Both the position numbers and the translations under genes were made by a program. This document shows, one piece after another, positions 1 to 9,377 of a stretch of DNA of 35,127 bases. This DNA comes from an uncultured Candidatus Saccharibacteria bacterium (GTDB lineage: Bacteria; Patescibacteriota; Saccharimonadia; Saccharimonadales; JAGQNJ01): assembly GCA_964504275.1 (NCBI GenBank), contig CAZDDV010000008.1, positions 1 to 35,127 on the forward strand, written 5' to 3'. The notes beneath the pieces are model-generated. The model was not told where the DNA came from and searched no databases. It was given only the letters and a program-made list of their open reading frames with translations. Every line of letters begins with the position of its first letter. Position 1 is the first letter of the stretch.

Positions 1-359
1 AGCAACGCCTGAATAGACGTACTCAAAAGCGACGTTCCGGGCTTAATAAGCAGTAGCCACATCAAGTATCCCACCGCCCAAATCAACTGCCACAACTGAG
101 AGGTTGTTTGTGTCATAAAAATCACGAATGACAAGCCGGCCAAAATATCTACTCCGTTGGCCTGGATATTCGCGAGCCAATACCTCGGTCGAACAGCAAA
201 CATGCGCCACTTGCTCAAAATGATCGCTGCGACTGCCAACTGCGCCAAATCGATTCGGACAAAGACATACATCAAAAGCGGCAGGGCAATCGTTAATGCC
301 AAGTGCAGGATTTGCGCAAAGCCCCCGCTCGGGCGTACTTTAGTTAGAAACCGTCTCAT
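1..359 (-). CDS. Polytopic membrane protein of unknown function (5' part only; runs off the window)
   Basis: Not in the ORF track; read manually. From ATG at 359 the frame is open to the window edge: MRRFLTKVRPSGGFAQILHLALTIALPLLMYVFVRIDLAQLAVAAIILSKWRMFAVRPRYWLANIQANGVDILAGLSF... It has several hydrophobic segments and overlaps the LCP 3' end by 20 nt, suggesting an operon. Confidence 0.8.
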   Translation of the reverse strand, partial: MRRFLTKVRPSGGFAQILHLALTIALPLLMYVFVRIDLAQLAVAAIILSKWRMFAVRPRYWLANIQANGVDILAGLSFVIFMTQTTSQLWQLIWAVGYLMWLLLIKPGTSLLSTSIQAL

Positions 360-1977
360 TACTTCCAAGTATTATAACAAAGTCAGCGTCTTTTGGATCA
401 ACACCTTTAGGAAGATCGTCGATCGCGCTTGTTTTGTAGCGCAGCTCTAGGTAGCGTTTGGTGTATTTCTTTTCGCCGCCACGCATATCAATAAGCTTTG
501 TGTGCGTCGTTTGCTTGCTTGGCGCATCGCCTGTACCAACGACTCGGTATCCGTACGAACGCAGAACTTTCCGCTGCACATCAGCCAAACCTGGCGTAGT
601 GGTACCGTTGAGCACCAGAAGCGCTGGGTCTTCTTTACGAATAAATCCGTCCTTAAACTTGTTGCGCAAGAAATGGTGAATCTCTTGATAATTATTCGCA
701 CCGGCTGTTGGAAGCACTACAGATAAACCGTCTAGCATGCCCGTGGTCAAAAAATTATTTGGCGGATCAGACAAGCCCACAGACTCAAGCTTGGTTGAAT
801 CAATCTCGCCGGCAATTGCGTACAACCGCATGAGATCATCAACACTCAAGTTTGTTTTGATATGAGAACCAAAGGTATCGAATAATTGCGCTAAACGAAC
901 CGGATTGCCAAAGGTTCCTGCAGTCAACACCTTGTCTTTGAGTGCAACAATAACTTGTCGTTGACGCTCGGACCGATCAAAATCACCCCTGTTGCAACCG
1001 TATAAACAATGACGAGTTCGACTATATGCCAAGGCGCGTTGGCCATTAAAATGTTGCTGGCCTTTTTTGACATCAAGCGTGTATGGTTTTCCGTTAATTA
1101 CCATGTCTTCGTACACCGGTGTTTTTACTGCAATATCAACGCCGTCTACCACGTTAATTGCGCGCTCAAAACCCCTGAAATCAACCACTGCATGGTAATG
1201 AACAGGTAGTCCGGTTACGTCCTCGACCGTTTTTTCGATCGCTTCCAGCCCGATTTGCTCGGCCGCTGCCTTATTTTTACCCTGTGCTATTGCTCCATCT
1301 TTTGCAAATGCGTATACAGAGTTTATTTTGGTTGATCCGCCACTCGGCGTTTGCACATATAAATCGCGCGGAATGCTTACCAGTCCAGCGTCTTTTTGCA
1401 ACGGATCAATGCTGGCAACAATAATTGTATCGGTTAAGTCTGGTGCTGTATGCCCCACACCGCCACGACCAAGTAGCAGCACATTAACACGGCCATCGCC
1501 TTCGCCTTTTAGTTGCGACGGATCAATCTCGTTATTGAGCGCTAGCGCGGTGCTGCCGCCCTCGAAAATGCTCGAAGCACGCAAAAAAGCGGTGCCCAGC
1601 AAAAAACCTGCCCCCAGCAAAAAAATCATTAGCAACGACGCGGTACTTTTTTTCATAACTCGCTTTAGGCGGCCAGTTTTTTCTTTTTTATGCTTAGGCT
1701 TCTTTGCGCTGTCCATATCTAGGCTTTCAGTATACTTAGGTTTGCGACCCACGCCAGTTCCATCAGGAATTTGTGGATTATTCACACCGACTGCTCGTGG
1801 AGTAAAACCATCGCGCTGTTTAAAGTCACTTATTGAAATTGCTGCGCGCGCCGATTGGCCACTTTTTTTATCCATCGGATTTCCACCTGGAGCACCTGGA
1901 GTACGACGAATAAAGCCATCCATTATGGTCTTTTCTTTGCGCTTGTTATTCGGATTACTTCGGTCGGATTTGTTCAT
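340..1977 (-). CDS. LCP (LytR-CpsA-Psr) family cell-wall glycopolymer transferase with C-terminal LytR_C domain
   Basis: One TM helix, then NVLLLG, TDTIIVA, SIPRDLYV, KINSVY, ALAYSRTR and DFDRSERQRQV motifs; C-terminal VLNGTTTPGLA...DFVIILG. Start moved to ATG 1977, just downstream of a TATACT at 1991-1996; ATG 1923 is an alternative. Confidence 0.92.
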   Translation of the reverse strand: MNKSDRSNPNNKRKEKTIMDGFIRRTPGAPGGNPMDKKSGQSARAAISISDFKQRDGFTPRAVGVNNPQIPDGTGVGRKPKYTESLDMDSAKKPKHKKEKTGRLKRVMKKSTASLLMIFLLGAGFLLGTAFLRASSIFEGGSTALALNNEIDPSQLKGEGDGRVNVLLLGRGGVGHTAPDLTDTIIVASIDPLQKDAGLVSIPRDLYVQTPSGGSTKINSVYAFAKDGAIAQGKNKAAAEQIGLEAIEKTVEDVTGLPVHYHAVVDFRGFERAINVVDGVDIAVKTPVYEDMVINGKPYTLDVKKGQQHFNGQRALAYSRTRHCLYGCNRGDFDRSERQRQVIVALKDKVLTAGTFGNPVRLAQLFDTFGSHIKTNLSVDDLMRLYAIAGEIDSTKLESVGLSDPPNNFLTTGMLDGLSVVLPTAGANNYQEIHHFLRNKFKDGFIRKEDPALLVLNGTTTPGLADVQRKVLRSYGYRVVGTGDAPSKQTTHTKLIDMRGGEKKYTKRYLELRYKTSAIDDLPKGVDPKDADFVIILGSNETVSN

Positions 1978-2087
1978 GCAAGTGGATACTAGTATAGCCG
2001 TTTGAAAGTGCTTGTGGAAGCGTTTTTTTGGCAAGTTTTTGGTGTAAGTGAGGTTTGGTTTCGCCTGCCAGCTAAGGTATAGTTTTT

Positions 2088-2717
2088 ATGTATATGGATC
2101 ATCAACCGCAACACCGGGCAAACCCCAAGAAACAAACTCCATTCGAAATCGCCAAAAGTATCGTATCGACACTGGGAATTTTTTTACTCGCGCCAGTGGT
2201 TGCGATATTACTGACGACCTTTGTGTTTCGGACATACGAGGTTGAAGGTCAAAGCATGGAACGCACGCTCCAAGACCAAGATCGCCTTATAATTCATAAG
2301 TGGCCCAAAACGTGGTCTACCATTCGGCGGCAAACGTATCAACCGAAACGCGGCCAAATCGTAGTGTTCACCAAAACAACGAGTCTATCCGTCCAAACAA
2401 ACCAGCGCCAGCTTATCAAGCGAGTTGTTGGTATCCCCGGAGATCACATTATCGTAAACAATGGCACTGTAACCATTTATAATGACGAACATCCAGGCGG
2501 CTATAATCCGGATAAGGACCAGCCTTTTTCGGACAATATTACGACGCCTACATCTGGCAATATTGATGTAACCGTCGACGAAGGCCACGTATTTGTGCTC
2601 GGTGATAATCGCCCAAACTCACAAGACTCGCGTGTGATAGGACAAATCAAAACCGACACCATACATGGCACGCTATCTCTGCGAATATATCCATTCGACA
2701 AATTCGAAAACTACTAG
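2088..2717 (+). CDS. lepB: Signal peptidase I
   Basis: TM segment, catalytic Ser box GQSMERTL, Lys box LIKRVVG, and GDNRPNSQDSR. Start could be 2094. Confidence 0.95.
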   Translation: MYMDHQPQHRANPKKQTPFEIAKSIVSTLGIFLLAPVVAILLTTFVFRTYEVEGQSMERTLQDQDRLIIHKWPKTWSTIRRQTYQPKRGQIVVFTKTTSLSVQTNQRQLIKRVVGIPGDHIIVNNGTVTIYNDEHPGGYNPDKDQPFSDNITTPTSGNIDVTVDEGHVFVLGDNRPNSQDSRVIGQIKTDTIHGTLSLRIYPFDKFENY

Positions 2718-2722
2718 GCAAG

Positions 2723-3595
2723 CTAGTTCGTTAGGCTGTCGATTATTACGCCGAGCTGCGCATCATCCGCGAAGTGGATTTCTAAGCGCCCGCCTTTTGC
2801 GGTACGACGAATACTCACCGGTGCATCAATTTTTTGCGACAGTTTTTCGGTTTGCTCGGTCTTAACTGCCATAGTTTTTTTGATGTCTTTAGTGGTCTTT
2901 GTTCCCTGTTTTACCGAAGTTACGAACTGCTCAGCCTGACGAACCGACCATGCATACTTTTGAATACTATCTAACAGTTCCGTTTGTTTTTCTGGCTGGC
3001 CTTTAAGCGCCAAAATCGTCCGGGCATGGCCTTCGCTGATTTTGCTTTCGCGCAGCGCTTCTTTGGCTGCCTCGGGCAATTGCAGCAATCGAACGATATT
3101 ATTCACTGTTGGCGGCGCCTTTCCTAACCGAGAAGCAATGTCGTTATAACTCATACTAAATTGCTGATGCAACCGCTCAATCGACAAGGCTTGTTCTAAC
3201 GGAGACAAATCAACACGTTGGACGTTTTCTACTAGAGCAATCTCGAGTCGCTCCAGATCTTCCGTTGTGCGCACAATGGTTGGCACAGTTTCTAGTCCGG
3301 CAATTTGCGCCGCCCGCCAGCGCCGTTCGCCAGCAATAATTGCATAGCCGCCGTCTTTTTCGGTCACAACAAGAGGCTGCAAAATCCCAAAACGCTTGAT
3401 TGATTCAGCCAGTTCCGCTAGTGCTGTTTGGTCAAAATGTTTTCTCGGCTGATCGGCGCTCGGAGTAATGTCGCCAACCGCTAATTTTTGAATTCGCTCA
3501 CTGTTATCAAGCAAAATTGTGTCGTCAAAATCATCCGGCAATAATGCACCAAATCCTTTGCCTAATCCCTTTGCGCCCGTCGATGACTGTGTCAT
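2723..3595 (-). CDS. parB: ParB/Spo0J chromosome partitioning protein
   Basis: GLGKG N-terminal motif, QPRKHF, GILQPLVV, IIAGERRWRAA, ENVQRVDLSPLE, HTH region; directly follows parA. Confidence 0.96.
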   Translation of the reverse strand: MTQSSTGAKGLGKGFGALLPDDFDDTILLDNSERIQKLAVGDITPSADQPRKHFDQTALAELAESIKRFGILQPLVVTEKDGGYAIIAGERRWRAAQIAGLETVPTIVRTTEDLERLEIALVENVQRVDLSPLEQALSIERLHQQFSMSYNDIASRLGKAPPTVNNIVRLLQLPEAAKEALRESKISEGHARTILALKGQPEKQTELLDSIQKYAWSVRQAEQFVTSVKQGTKTTKDIKKTMAVKTEQTEKLSQKIDAPVSIRRTAKGGRLEIHFADDAQLGVIIDSLTN

Positions 3596-4360
3596 TTACG
3601 CCTTTCTGCCCATCTTTTCGATCAATTCTTTTGCTAATTGTTTATACGCCCGCGCACCCTTGGACCATTTGTCGTGCTCCAGAACTGTTTTGCCGAAACT
3701 TGGCGCCTCGGCCAGTCGCACATTGCGCGGAATCACTGTACTAAATAGTTTATCACCAAAGTGTTTTTTGAGCTCGTCTAGTACGTTGTCGGCCAATGTC
3801 GTGCGGCTGTCATACATTGTTACGACGACGCCCAGCAATTCTAGCTGCGTGTTCAACCCCTTGCGAACTCTTTGAATTACGTCTAAAAGCTGACTTAAAC
3901 CCTCGAGCGCGTAATATTCTGCCTGCACAGGAATCAATACGTAGTTAGACGCTGTTAAGGAGTTAATCGTTAGCAAACTAAGCGCTGGCGGACAATCAAT
4001 CAGTACGTAATCGTATGTAAGATTTTCAAGTGCCTGCTTTAATTTCGTTTCGCGCTGCAGCTCGCTGGCCAGTTCAATCTCGGCGTTTGCTAGTTTCGCA
4101 TTTGCGGGAACAATAGCAATACCACTGGCAGTTTCTACAATCGATTGTTCAACAGGGGTTCTGCCCAAAAGTACGTCATAGGTGGTGTTAGCGCCGGAAT
4201 TTTTGTCTACGCCAAGTCCACTACTGGCGTTTCCTTGGGGGTCAATATCAACTATCAATGCCGTTTTACCGGCCTTTAACAGATACGCCGCCAAGTTTAC
4301 GGCCGTCGTTGTTTTACCGACACCGCCCTTTTGATTAATTACACTGATAATTTTTGCCAT
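3596..4360 (-). CDS. parA: ParA/Soj ATPase
   Basis: Deviant Walker A QKGGVGKTTT, DIDPQGN, DCPP, IPRNVRLAEAPSFG. Start set at MAKIIS (4360), preceded by GAGGG. Confidence 0.96.
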   Translation of the reverse strand: MAKIISVINQKGGVGKTTTAVNLAAYLLKAGKTALIVDIDPQGNASSGLGVDKNSGANTTYDVLLGRTPVEQSIVETASGIAIVPANAKLANAEIELASELQRETKLKQALENLTYDYVLIDCPPALSLLTINSLTASNYVLIPVQAEYYALEGLSQLLDVIQRVRKGLNTQLELLGVVVTMYDSRTTLADNVLDELKKHFGDKLFSTVIPRNVRLAEAPSFGKTVLEHDKWSKGARAYKQLAKELIEKMGRKA

Positions 4361-4482
4361 TTTGTACCCTCGCCCGCTATGCAGGCTTTTTTGCAATTAC
4401 ATACATTAGATTACCATCTCCCGGCCCGCCATGCCACATTCACACTTGCTTGAATATATAGCCGTATAGTACTAGCTCCATT

Positions 4483-5070
4483 TTACTGGCGCTTTATTAC
4501 TCCGTGTTGTTCGAGTATTGGCTCGATCTTTTCGAGCGGCAAACCACTCAGGTTTGAGCGACTCCCGGTGTAGCCTTGTACGAACTCGCGCCCGTTCTCT
4601 GTTATTCCGTAGCCCCCGGCCTTGGTGTAAGCAGATTTACGGTCAGCATGACGCTCCAACAACAGTGGTGACAGCTTCTTGAGTGTTACTGATGCAATAT
4701 CAAAATCAGTAGTTATTGTACGACCCTGCATATTTATGATCGTGAAGCCTGTAATGAACTGGTGTGTCTGCCCACTAAGCCGAGTTAATGTTTTGATAAG
4801 ATCTTGTTTGTCTTTAGGTTTTCCGTAAATCTGGCCTCCAAATACCACGACGCTGTCGGCAGCAATAATCACGGCATCTTTTGGAGTATCTGTTCGATCG
4901 GCGATAGCCTGGGCTTTTTCGAGTGAGAGCTTTTCGATGGCTTTTGGAATCGGCAAGCTATGATCAATAACTTCTTCGATATGACTTGGCCTAACCACAA
5001 AATCATATCCCGCCTCTGTTAGCAGGCGTTTGCGACTGACGGATTGTGACGCAAGAATAAGTTGTGGCAT
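4483..5070 (-). CDS. maf: Maf family nucleoside triphosphate pyrophosphatase
   Basis: LILASQS, IIAADSVV, GKPKD, LSGQTH, KAGGYG and GLPL motifs. Confidence 0.93.
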   Translation of the reverse strand: MPQLILASQSVSRKRLLTEAGYDFVVRPSHIEEVIDHSLPIPKAIEKLSLEKAQAIADRTDTPKDAVIIAADSVVVFGGQIYGKPKDKQDLIKTLTRLSGQTHQFITGFTIINMQGRTITTDFDIASVTLKKLSPLLLERHADRKSAYTKAGGYGITENGREFVQGYTGSRSNLSGLPLEKIEPILEQHGVIKRQ

Positions 5071-5089
5071 GTGTTCAATTATAACCGCA

Positions 5090-7867
5090 TTACTGCTGGA
5101 CTTGGTAGTTAAGCTTCACGTTTGATGCAGCGGGTGCTTCGAAAAACACCGTAAAGCCGTCTTTGTCCGATTCGACACGGTAATTCGGTGCAAATGTGTT
5201 CGTTGCCGTTAGGATGATGTTCGGCTTGCTGCCGTCTTTGTACGGCGCCTTAAACTCATGCTCCATCTCTGTTTCTCCTGCAGGGATTGTTACCACACCG
5301 CGCGTATCTTCGTTACCAATGATGTGTCCTTCGACCGCTATATTCCCTTCGAAAGTCGTATCGCCAGTTACCGCTAGATCACCCTGCACAGAAGCGCTCC
5401 CAGTCACTTCAAGCTTACTGAGCGTTGTTGGTCCGGATGTGTTCACGGTTTGCGTAGTCGACGCAGATTGCTGACTCGCAAGCCCGATCTCTAGCTGTGT
5501 AATTCGATCCGACAAACCCGTGATTTTAGTATCTTGAGACTGGTGGCCCTTAACGAGCACTGGGATAAACGCATCTTTGCTGATGCCAAGATACCCGTTC
5601 GCAGCCTCGGTAACTGCCTGGCCATATACATCTTGGACTTCTTGGGCTATAAAGCCTGTTATGAGTGGCCCGTCGGGGTTCTGTAGACGATTAAAGTCAA
5701 CCACGCGTAACCCGTTTAGAATTTCATCAGCATTGATATCAGTATCGTTGATGTTTGTTTTAGTCCGCACATCTGAAATATCAGTTACAGCAAAAGTACC
5801 AGAGGTATTAGCAATGTAACCAACCTGCGTGCCATCGCCGTCGTATGCATCGAGGTAATACGTTGTGCCCGATGCATCATCAGCACCAGCTTGAATGCGG
5901 ATACCGCTACGGTTAGCGTTATTGCCCACATTGTCAAAACTAGCGGCAAAGCCTGCTACGTCTTCGCCGACATGTAGCCTGTACGCCCCCGTTGCGGCAC
6001 CAACCGCTATATTACCTTCAAAGTAGTTTTGGCTATCTTCGCCAGCCGAATAAATATTGAAAGCATCTGTTGAGCCAACCGCAGACTGATCTTCTACATA
6101 CAGCCCATAATTATTCGTTACGATGTTCCCAGAAGCATCAGCTGGCGCTTGAATCAAAATGCCATACTGGTTATTGATTGCGCCAGTAGCTGTATTCGTC
6201 ATCGAAACTCTTAAGCCGATCGCCGTGCCAGAACTTCCTGAGTTAGAAATATTAACAACACTACCAATAACCTCCCCGTAGTTTTGCGTTGGCCCAGTTA
6301 TTACGTTAGTGGTCATACCTTGCAAAAAGAAAGTACTCTTATTAGCCGTTACGGTGTTTCTGATGCCTACCTGGTCGCCGGTTAGTCCACCAACCGCACT
6401 GACAGTAACGTCGTTATTAATGCCCGTAATACTATTGATTGATCCTGTGCTAAAACTAGATACATTATTGTCGATACCTCTTAAATCTGTGAAATCCTGG
6501 GTACCTAACGTGATCACCTGATTGTAAATCCCTGCGCTACTCGATGTGTTTGGCGTGACATTCGCAATAAGGCCAAGCAAATTATGGATGCCGTACGAAT
6601 CCGTTGTCTCTTCTTCGTAGGCTGATTCGGCACTAATACTAGCGTTACAATCTTCTACCGCTACTAATATCGTACACTGATCATACCCAGAGGTGTTGAG
6701 GTTTCCAACATCGATAGTACCAGAAACATTCATATACTCATTTATTGTATCTACCTGTAAAACATTCGCCGATCCTGCTGCGTTTACAACCGAAAACGCA
6801 TTGGTAGAATCAGTGCTATTTTGAAAACTTACTGCGCCGCCAGCTGCGATAGTCATTTGAGCATTACCGCCCGTTTCGAACACCAGTGATTGCGCGTCAT
6901 TTGTACCCAGTACAGCTATTTCGCCGAAACTATTGCCATTTTGCACGAATCCATCCGCTGCGCCTACGAATCCACAGTTGTTTGAGTTATCACACAGTTC
7001 GTTACCATCCTGTGTTGCCGCTCCGGTAACGGTTAGGTTTGCGAACGTTGGCGAACTGGTCGTTGCTATATTTTGTGGGGTCGCAAGCGTAACTGTATTA
7101 CCATTGTTAGTAACTGTAATCTGGCTCTCGGTACCCTGTATAGTCACGGCTCCGCTTGCGTTATTTACCAGCGTCGTTGTGACGTCCGTTTCTGTTAGAT
7201 AATTACAGTTATTGCTGTCCAAACAGAACGTTCCCGCCGCATTTGGCAGCAAGTACGTGTATACCCCTGCTACGTTTTGCGCCGATATTTGTCCGTACGC
7301 TCCGTCGTTATCGGCGGTCAAGATAATATCGCCTCTGGAAACAAGGCTACCGTTAACGATCAGTTTGTTTTCTTGGCCCTCAATCGCCAAATCAAACACA
7401 CCTTTTGCTTGCCCGACAGTCAAATCAACTCGTTGCTCTGGGATATTGCTTGTGGGATCCACGTTTGGCGCTTCTTGATTCTGCGTGATAAACACAACTG
7501 CTAATGTTGCAATAAAAATAAGCACGCCTACAATTCCGGCACCGATCAAGATTCGCTTGATAAACTTCTTGCGCGGTGGCTCTTGGTTTATGTTCGGGTC
7601 TACTATTGGTGATTGTTGCCGAGCATCTACCGAATTTGCGGCAGGATTCACCCTAGGAGTATCGATATTTGCAGTTGCAGGACTTTCAAGATCATCCAAG
7701 GTGTACGCTTGTTGAGTGGGGTTGGTGCTCAACTCTTGAACCGTTTTTGTAGCCGATTGATCAGAAAAACTTGTTTGCGCGCCAGAAACTTGGACAGGAT
7801 TCTGCGGTGGAACCGAAGGTGTTACCACCTGCGGACCACTTGCTGCAAACGTATTGTTATTTTCCAT
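5090..7867 (-). CDS. Large membrane-anchored surface/fibre protein with Peptidase S74-like intramolecular chaperone domain
   Basis: Low-complexity N-terminus, single TM (ILIGAGIVGVLIFIATLAVVFI), long G/N/T/S-rich beta-type region, S74-like SDVRTKTNI...GFIAQEV...PVLVK followed by a coiled coil, then a small C-terminal beta domain. Confidence 0.8.
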   Translation of the reverse strand: MENNNTFAASGPQVVTPSVPPQNPVQVSGAQTSFSDQSATKTVQELSTNPTQQAYTLDDLESPATANIDTPRVNPAANSVDARQQSPIVDPNINQEPPRKKFIKRILIGAGIVGVLIFIATLAVVFITQNQEAPNVDPTSNIPEQRVDLTVGQAKGVFDLAIEGQENKLIVNGSLVSRGDIILTADNDGAYGQISAQNVAGVYTYLLPNAAGTFCLDSNNCNYLTETDVTTTLVNNASGAVTIQGTESQITVTNNGNTVTLATPQNIATTSSPTFANLTVTGAATQDGNELCDNSNNCGFVGAADGFVQNGNSFGEIAVLGTNDAQSLVFETGGNAQMTIAAGGAVSFQNSTDSTNAFSVVNAAGSANVLQVDTINEYMNVSGTIDVGNLNTSGYDQCTILVAVEDCNASISAESAYEEETTDSYGIHNLLGLIANVTPNTSSSAGIYNQVITLGTQDFTDLRGIDNNVSSFSTGSINSITGINNDVTVSAVGGLTGDQVGIRNTVTANKSTFFLQGMTTNVITGPTQNYGEVIGSVVNISNSGSSGTAIGLRVSMTNTATGAINNQYGILIQAPADASGNIVTNNYGLYVEDQSAVGSTDAFNIYSAGEDSQNYFEGNIAVGAATGAYRLHVGEDVAGFAASFDNVGNNANRSGIRIQAGADDASGTTYYLDAYDGDGTQVGYIANTSGTFAVTDISDVRTKTNINDTDINADEILNGLRVVDFNRLQNPDGPLITGFIAQEVQDVYGQAVTEAANGYLGISKDAFIPVLVKGHQSQDTKITGLSDRITQLEIGLASQQSASTTQTVNTSGPTTLSKLEVTGSASVQGDLAVTGDTTFEGNIAVEGHIIGNEDTRGVVTIPAGETEMEHEFKAPYKDGSKPNIILTATNTFAPNYRVESDKDGFTVFFEAPAASNVKLNYQVQQ

Positions 7868-7970
7868 TTTTTGACTTTTTTGTGTTCGTTTTTCTTTAGA
7901 TTTTTTTGTATTTTTTCGAGCGCTTTTGCTTACTCCAAATTCTAACAGATTTTAAGAGGTAAATAAACAG

Positions 7971-7979
7971 TTATCCACA
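7971..7979 (+). promoter_or_regulatory. Consensus DnaA box (single)
   Basis: TTATCCACA in an intergenic region just upstream of the predicted promoter of the surface-protein gene. Confidence 0.4.
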
Positions 7980-8067
7980 GCTTTCTGTGGGGTTTTGCCA
8001 TCCGATTTTTAGGGCTAATGTAATTTTTACATTCACCCCTGTACAGTACAAAAAATAACGTTGTAAT

Positions 8068-8916
8068 TTATATCCACAAAATAATATAGATAGCGCCCAG
8101 TCCAAAAATTAGAACAATTAAGGCTAGCCACGACACTTGCAAGATCTGTTTAAACACTACTTTCTTGGCTAGCGGGTTGCGGCCAAGTGCAGAAATCGTG
8201 CTGTGTACCGCACCGTAAATAATTGAACCCTCGACAATCATAATAACCAAAAGCACTAAAATGGCTGCAAAAACCTGCACCTGACCAACCCGACGACCAG
8301 TTAAAGACTCGCCCGCAGCAACCAACAGTCCGGGATCTTCCTCTTTACCGCCCCCCGTAACATTGGCCAAGTTTTCTCGTATTTCGACGTTAACTTTGTC
8401 TACCTTGACTGTTTTTTGACCATTCTGCGCATCATTAATGGCTCGGTCCGTAGCTTGCGTCGGATCAAACGACTCGAGCGCAACGCCAATCGTAAATGCA
8501 TTTGTATCTTGTCGATTTGACTTCATGAGGACACCACTAATTGGCGAAATTGTCAGTAAGTCACCTTTTGCGACGCTTCCGTTGATATCGCTCACGAAGC
8601 TTGGTGCTTCGCCAGTTGTCGTGACGAGCACATTAGTGGCATCACTGGTCAGAGACACAATATTGTCGTCAATTGTTGTTATAATTCCTACAAAGTTTTT
8701 AACATTTTGCCTGGTGGTTGCCTCAACTGGCTTCGTATCTTCGTTTCCAGATGAAAGCGAAACCGCCATACCTGCCGCGATATTTTGATCTGTCGTTTTA
8801 TAACCCCTAGAGATACTGTTCGAAACTGCCGATACCGGCAACGAGAAAACACCGAAAATGAACGCCGTACTCAGCGCAAGCCCAACCCCATATATCAAAT
8901 TGTGTATTTTTTTCAT
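8068..8916 (-). CDS. Hypothetical membrane protein: signal peptide, extracytoplasmic beta domain, C-terminal TM hairpin with GRNP loop
   Basis: N-terminal signal-like segment ending VSA; GDLLTISPISGVLMK...IGVALE motif; two C-terminal hydrophobic helices joined by ALGRNPLAK. Confidence 0.8.
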   Translation of the reverse strand: MKKIHNLIYGVGLALSTAFIFGVFSLPVSAVSNSISRGYKTTDQNIAAGMAVSLSSGNEDTKPVEATTRQNVKNFVGIITTIDDNIVSLTSDATNVLVTTTGEAPSFVSDINGSVAKGDLLTISPISGVLMKSNRQDTNAFTIGVALESFDPTQATDRAINDAQNGQKTVKVDKVNVEIRENLANVTGGGKEEDPGLLVAAGESLTGRRVGQVQVFAAILVLLVIMIVEGSIIYGAVHSTISALGRNPLAKKVVFKQILQVSWLALIVLIFGLGAIYIILWI

Positions 8917-9003
8917 TGTTTGCTAACCAAGTTCAAAACCAAGTTAGATCAATTATACTTCAAAACGATTAAATTGTTTATGCTTAGCTAGAAGTAAACG
9001 TGA

Positions 9004-9306
9004 TTAGCTGATCTTGGCGATTTTGATTTGCGAGAGGTGTTGGCGATGACCGCGAACTTTTTTGACACGTTTTTTAGCTTTGTAACGAATTGAGGTTACT
9101 TTTTCGGCGCGAGTGTCTTCGAGCACATCAGCGGTGACGGTAGCGGTCAGTTCAGGAGCACCAACTTGAGTTTTATCGCCGTCAATTACCAATAATGCTT
9201 TGAATTCGACTTTTTTCTTATCGGTATTCAAAAGCTCAATTTCAATAGTTTCGCCTTCAGAGACGAGATATTGCTTTCCACCAGTGATAATGACTGCTTT
9301 TTTCAT
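9004..9306 (-). CDS. rplU: 50S ribosomal protein L21
   Basis: AVIITGGKQYLVSEG and RGHRQ motifs. Confidence 0.97.
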   Translation of the reverse strand: MKKAVIITGGKQYLVSEGETIEIELLNTDKKKVEFKALLVIDGDKTQVGAPELTATVTADVLEDTRAEKVTSIRYKAKKRVKKVRGHRQHLSQIKIAKIS

Positions 9307-9341
9307 TTGTTCTACTTCTTAAAGAATTTAGTTACCAATAG

Positions 9342-9370
9342 AGATTACCAGATTACCTAACAGATGTCAA
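9342..9370 (-). promoter_or_regulatory. Sigma70-type promoter of rplU
   Basis: TTGACA-17 nt-TAATCT with TG at the extended -10 position. Confidence 0.75.
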
Positions 9371-9377
9371 AGGTAAC

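Noticed and set aside
157-2005. Antisense ORFs such as 157-450 and 1328-2005 (and the many similar shadow ORFs across the window)
   Set aside because: They lie opposite well-supported genes and have no protein-family motifs.
2723-4482. parS site near parAB
   Set aside because: I found no match to the TGTTTCACGTGAAACA-type palindrome by eye.
5090-7867. Prophage, suggested by the S74 tail-fibre chaperone motif
   Set aside because: The protein has a cellular TM anchor and is flanked by maf and rplU; no integrase, terminase or capsid genes.
7868-8078. Possible oriC (DnaA box, AT-rich DNA, parAB about 3.5 kb away)
   Set aside because: Only one perfect box and one or two weak ones; no dnaA/dnaN in the window; gene orientation does not switch here.
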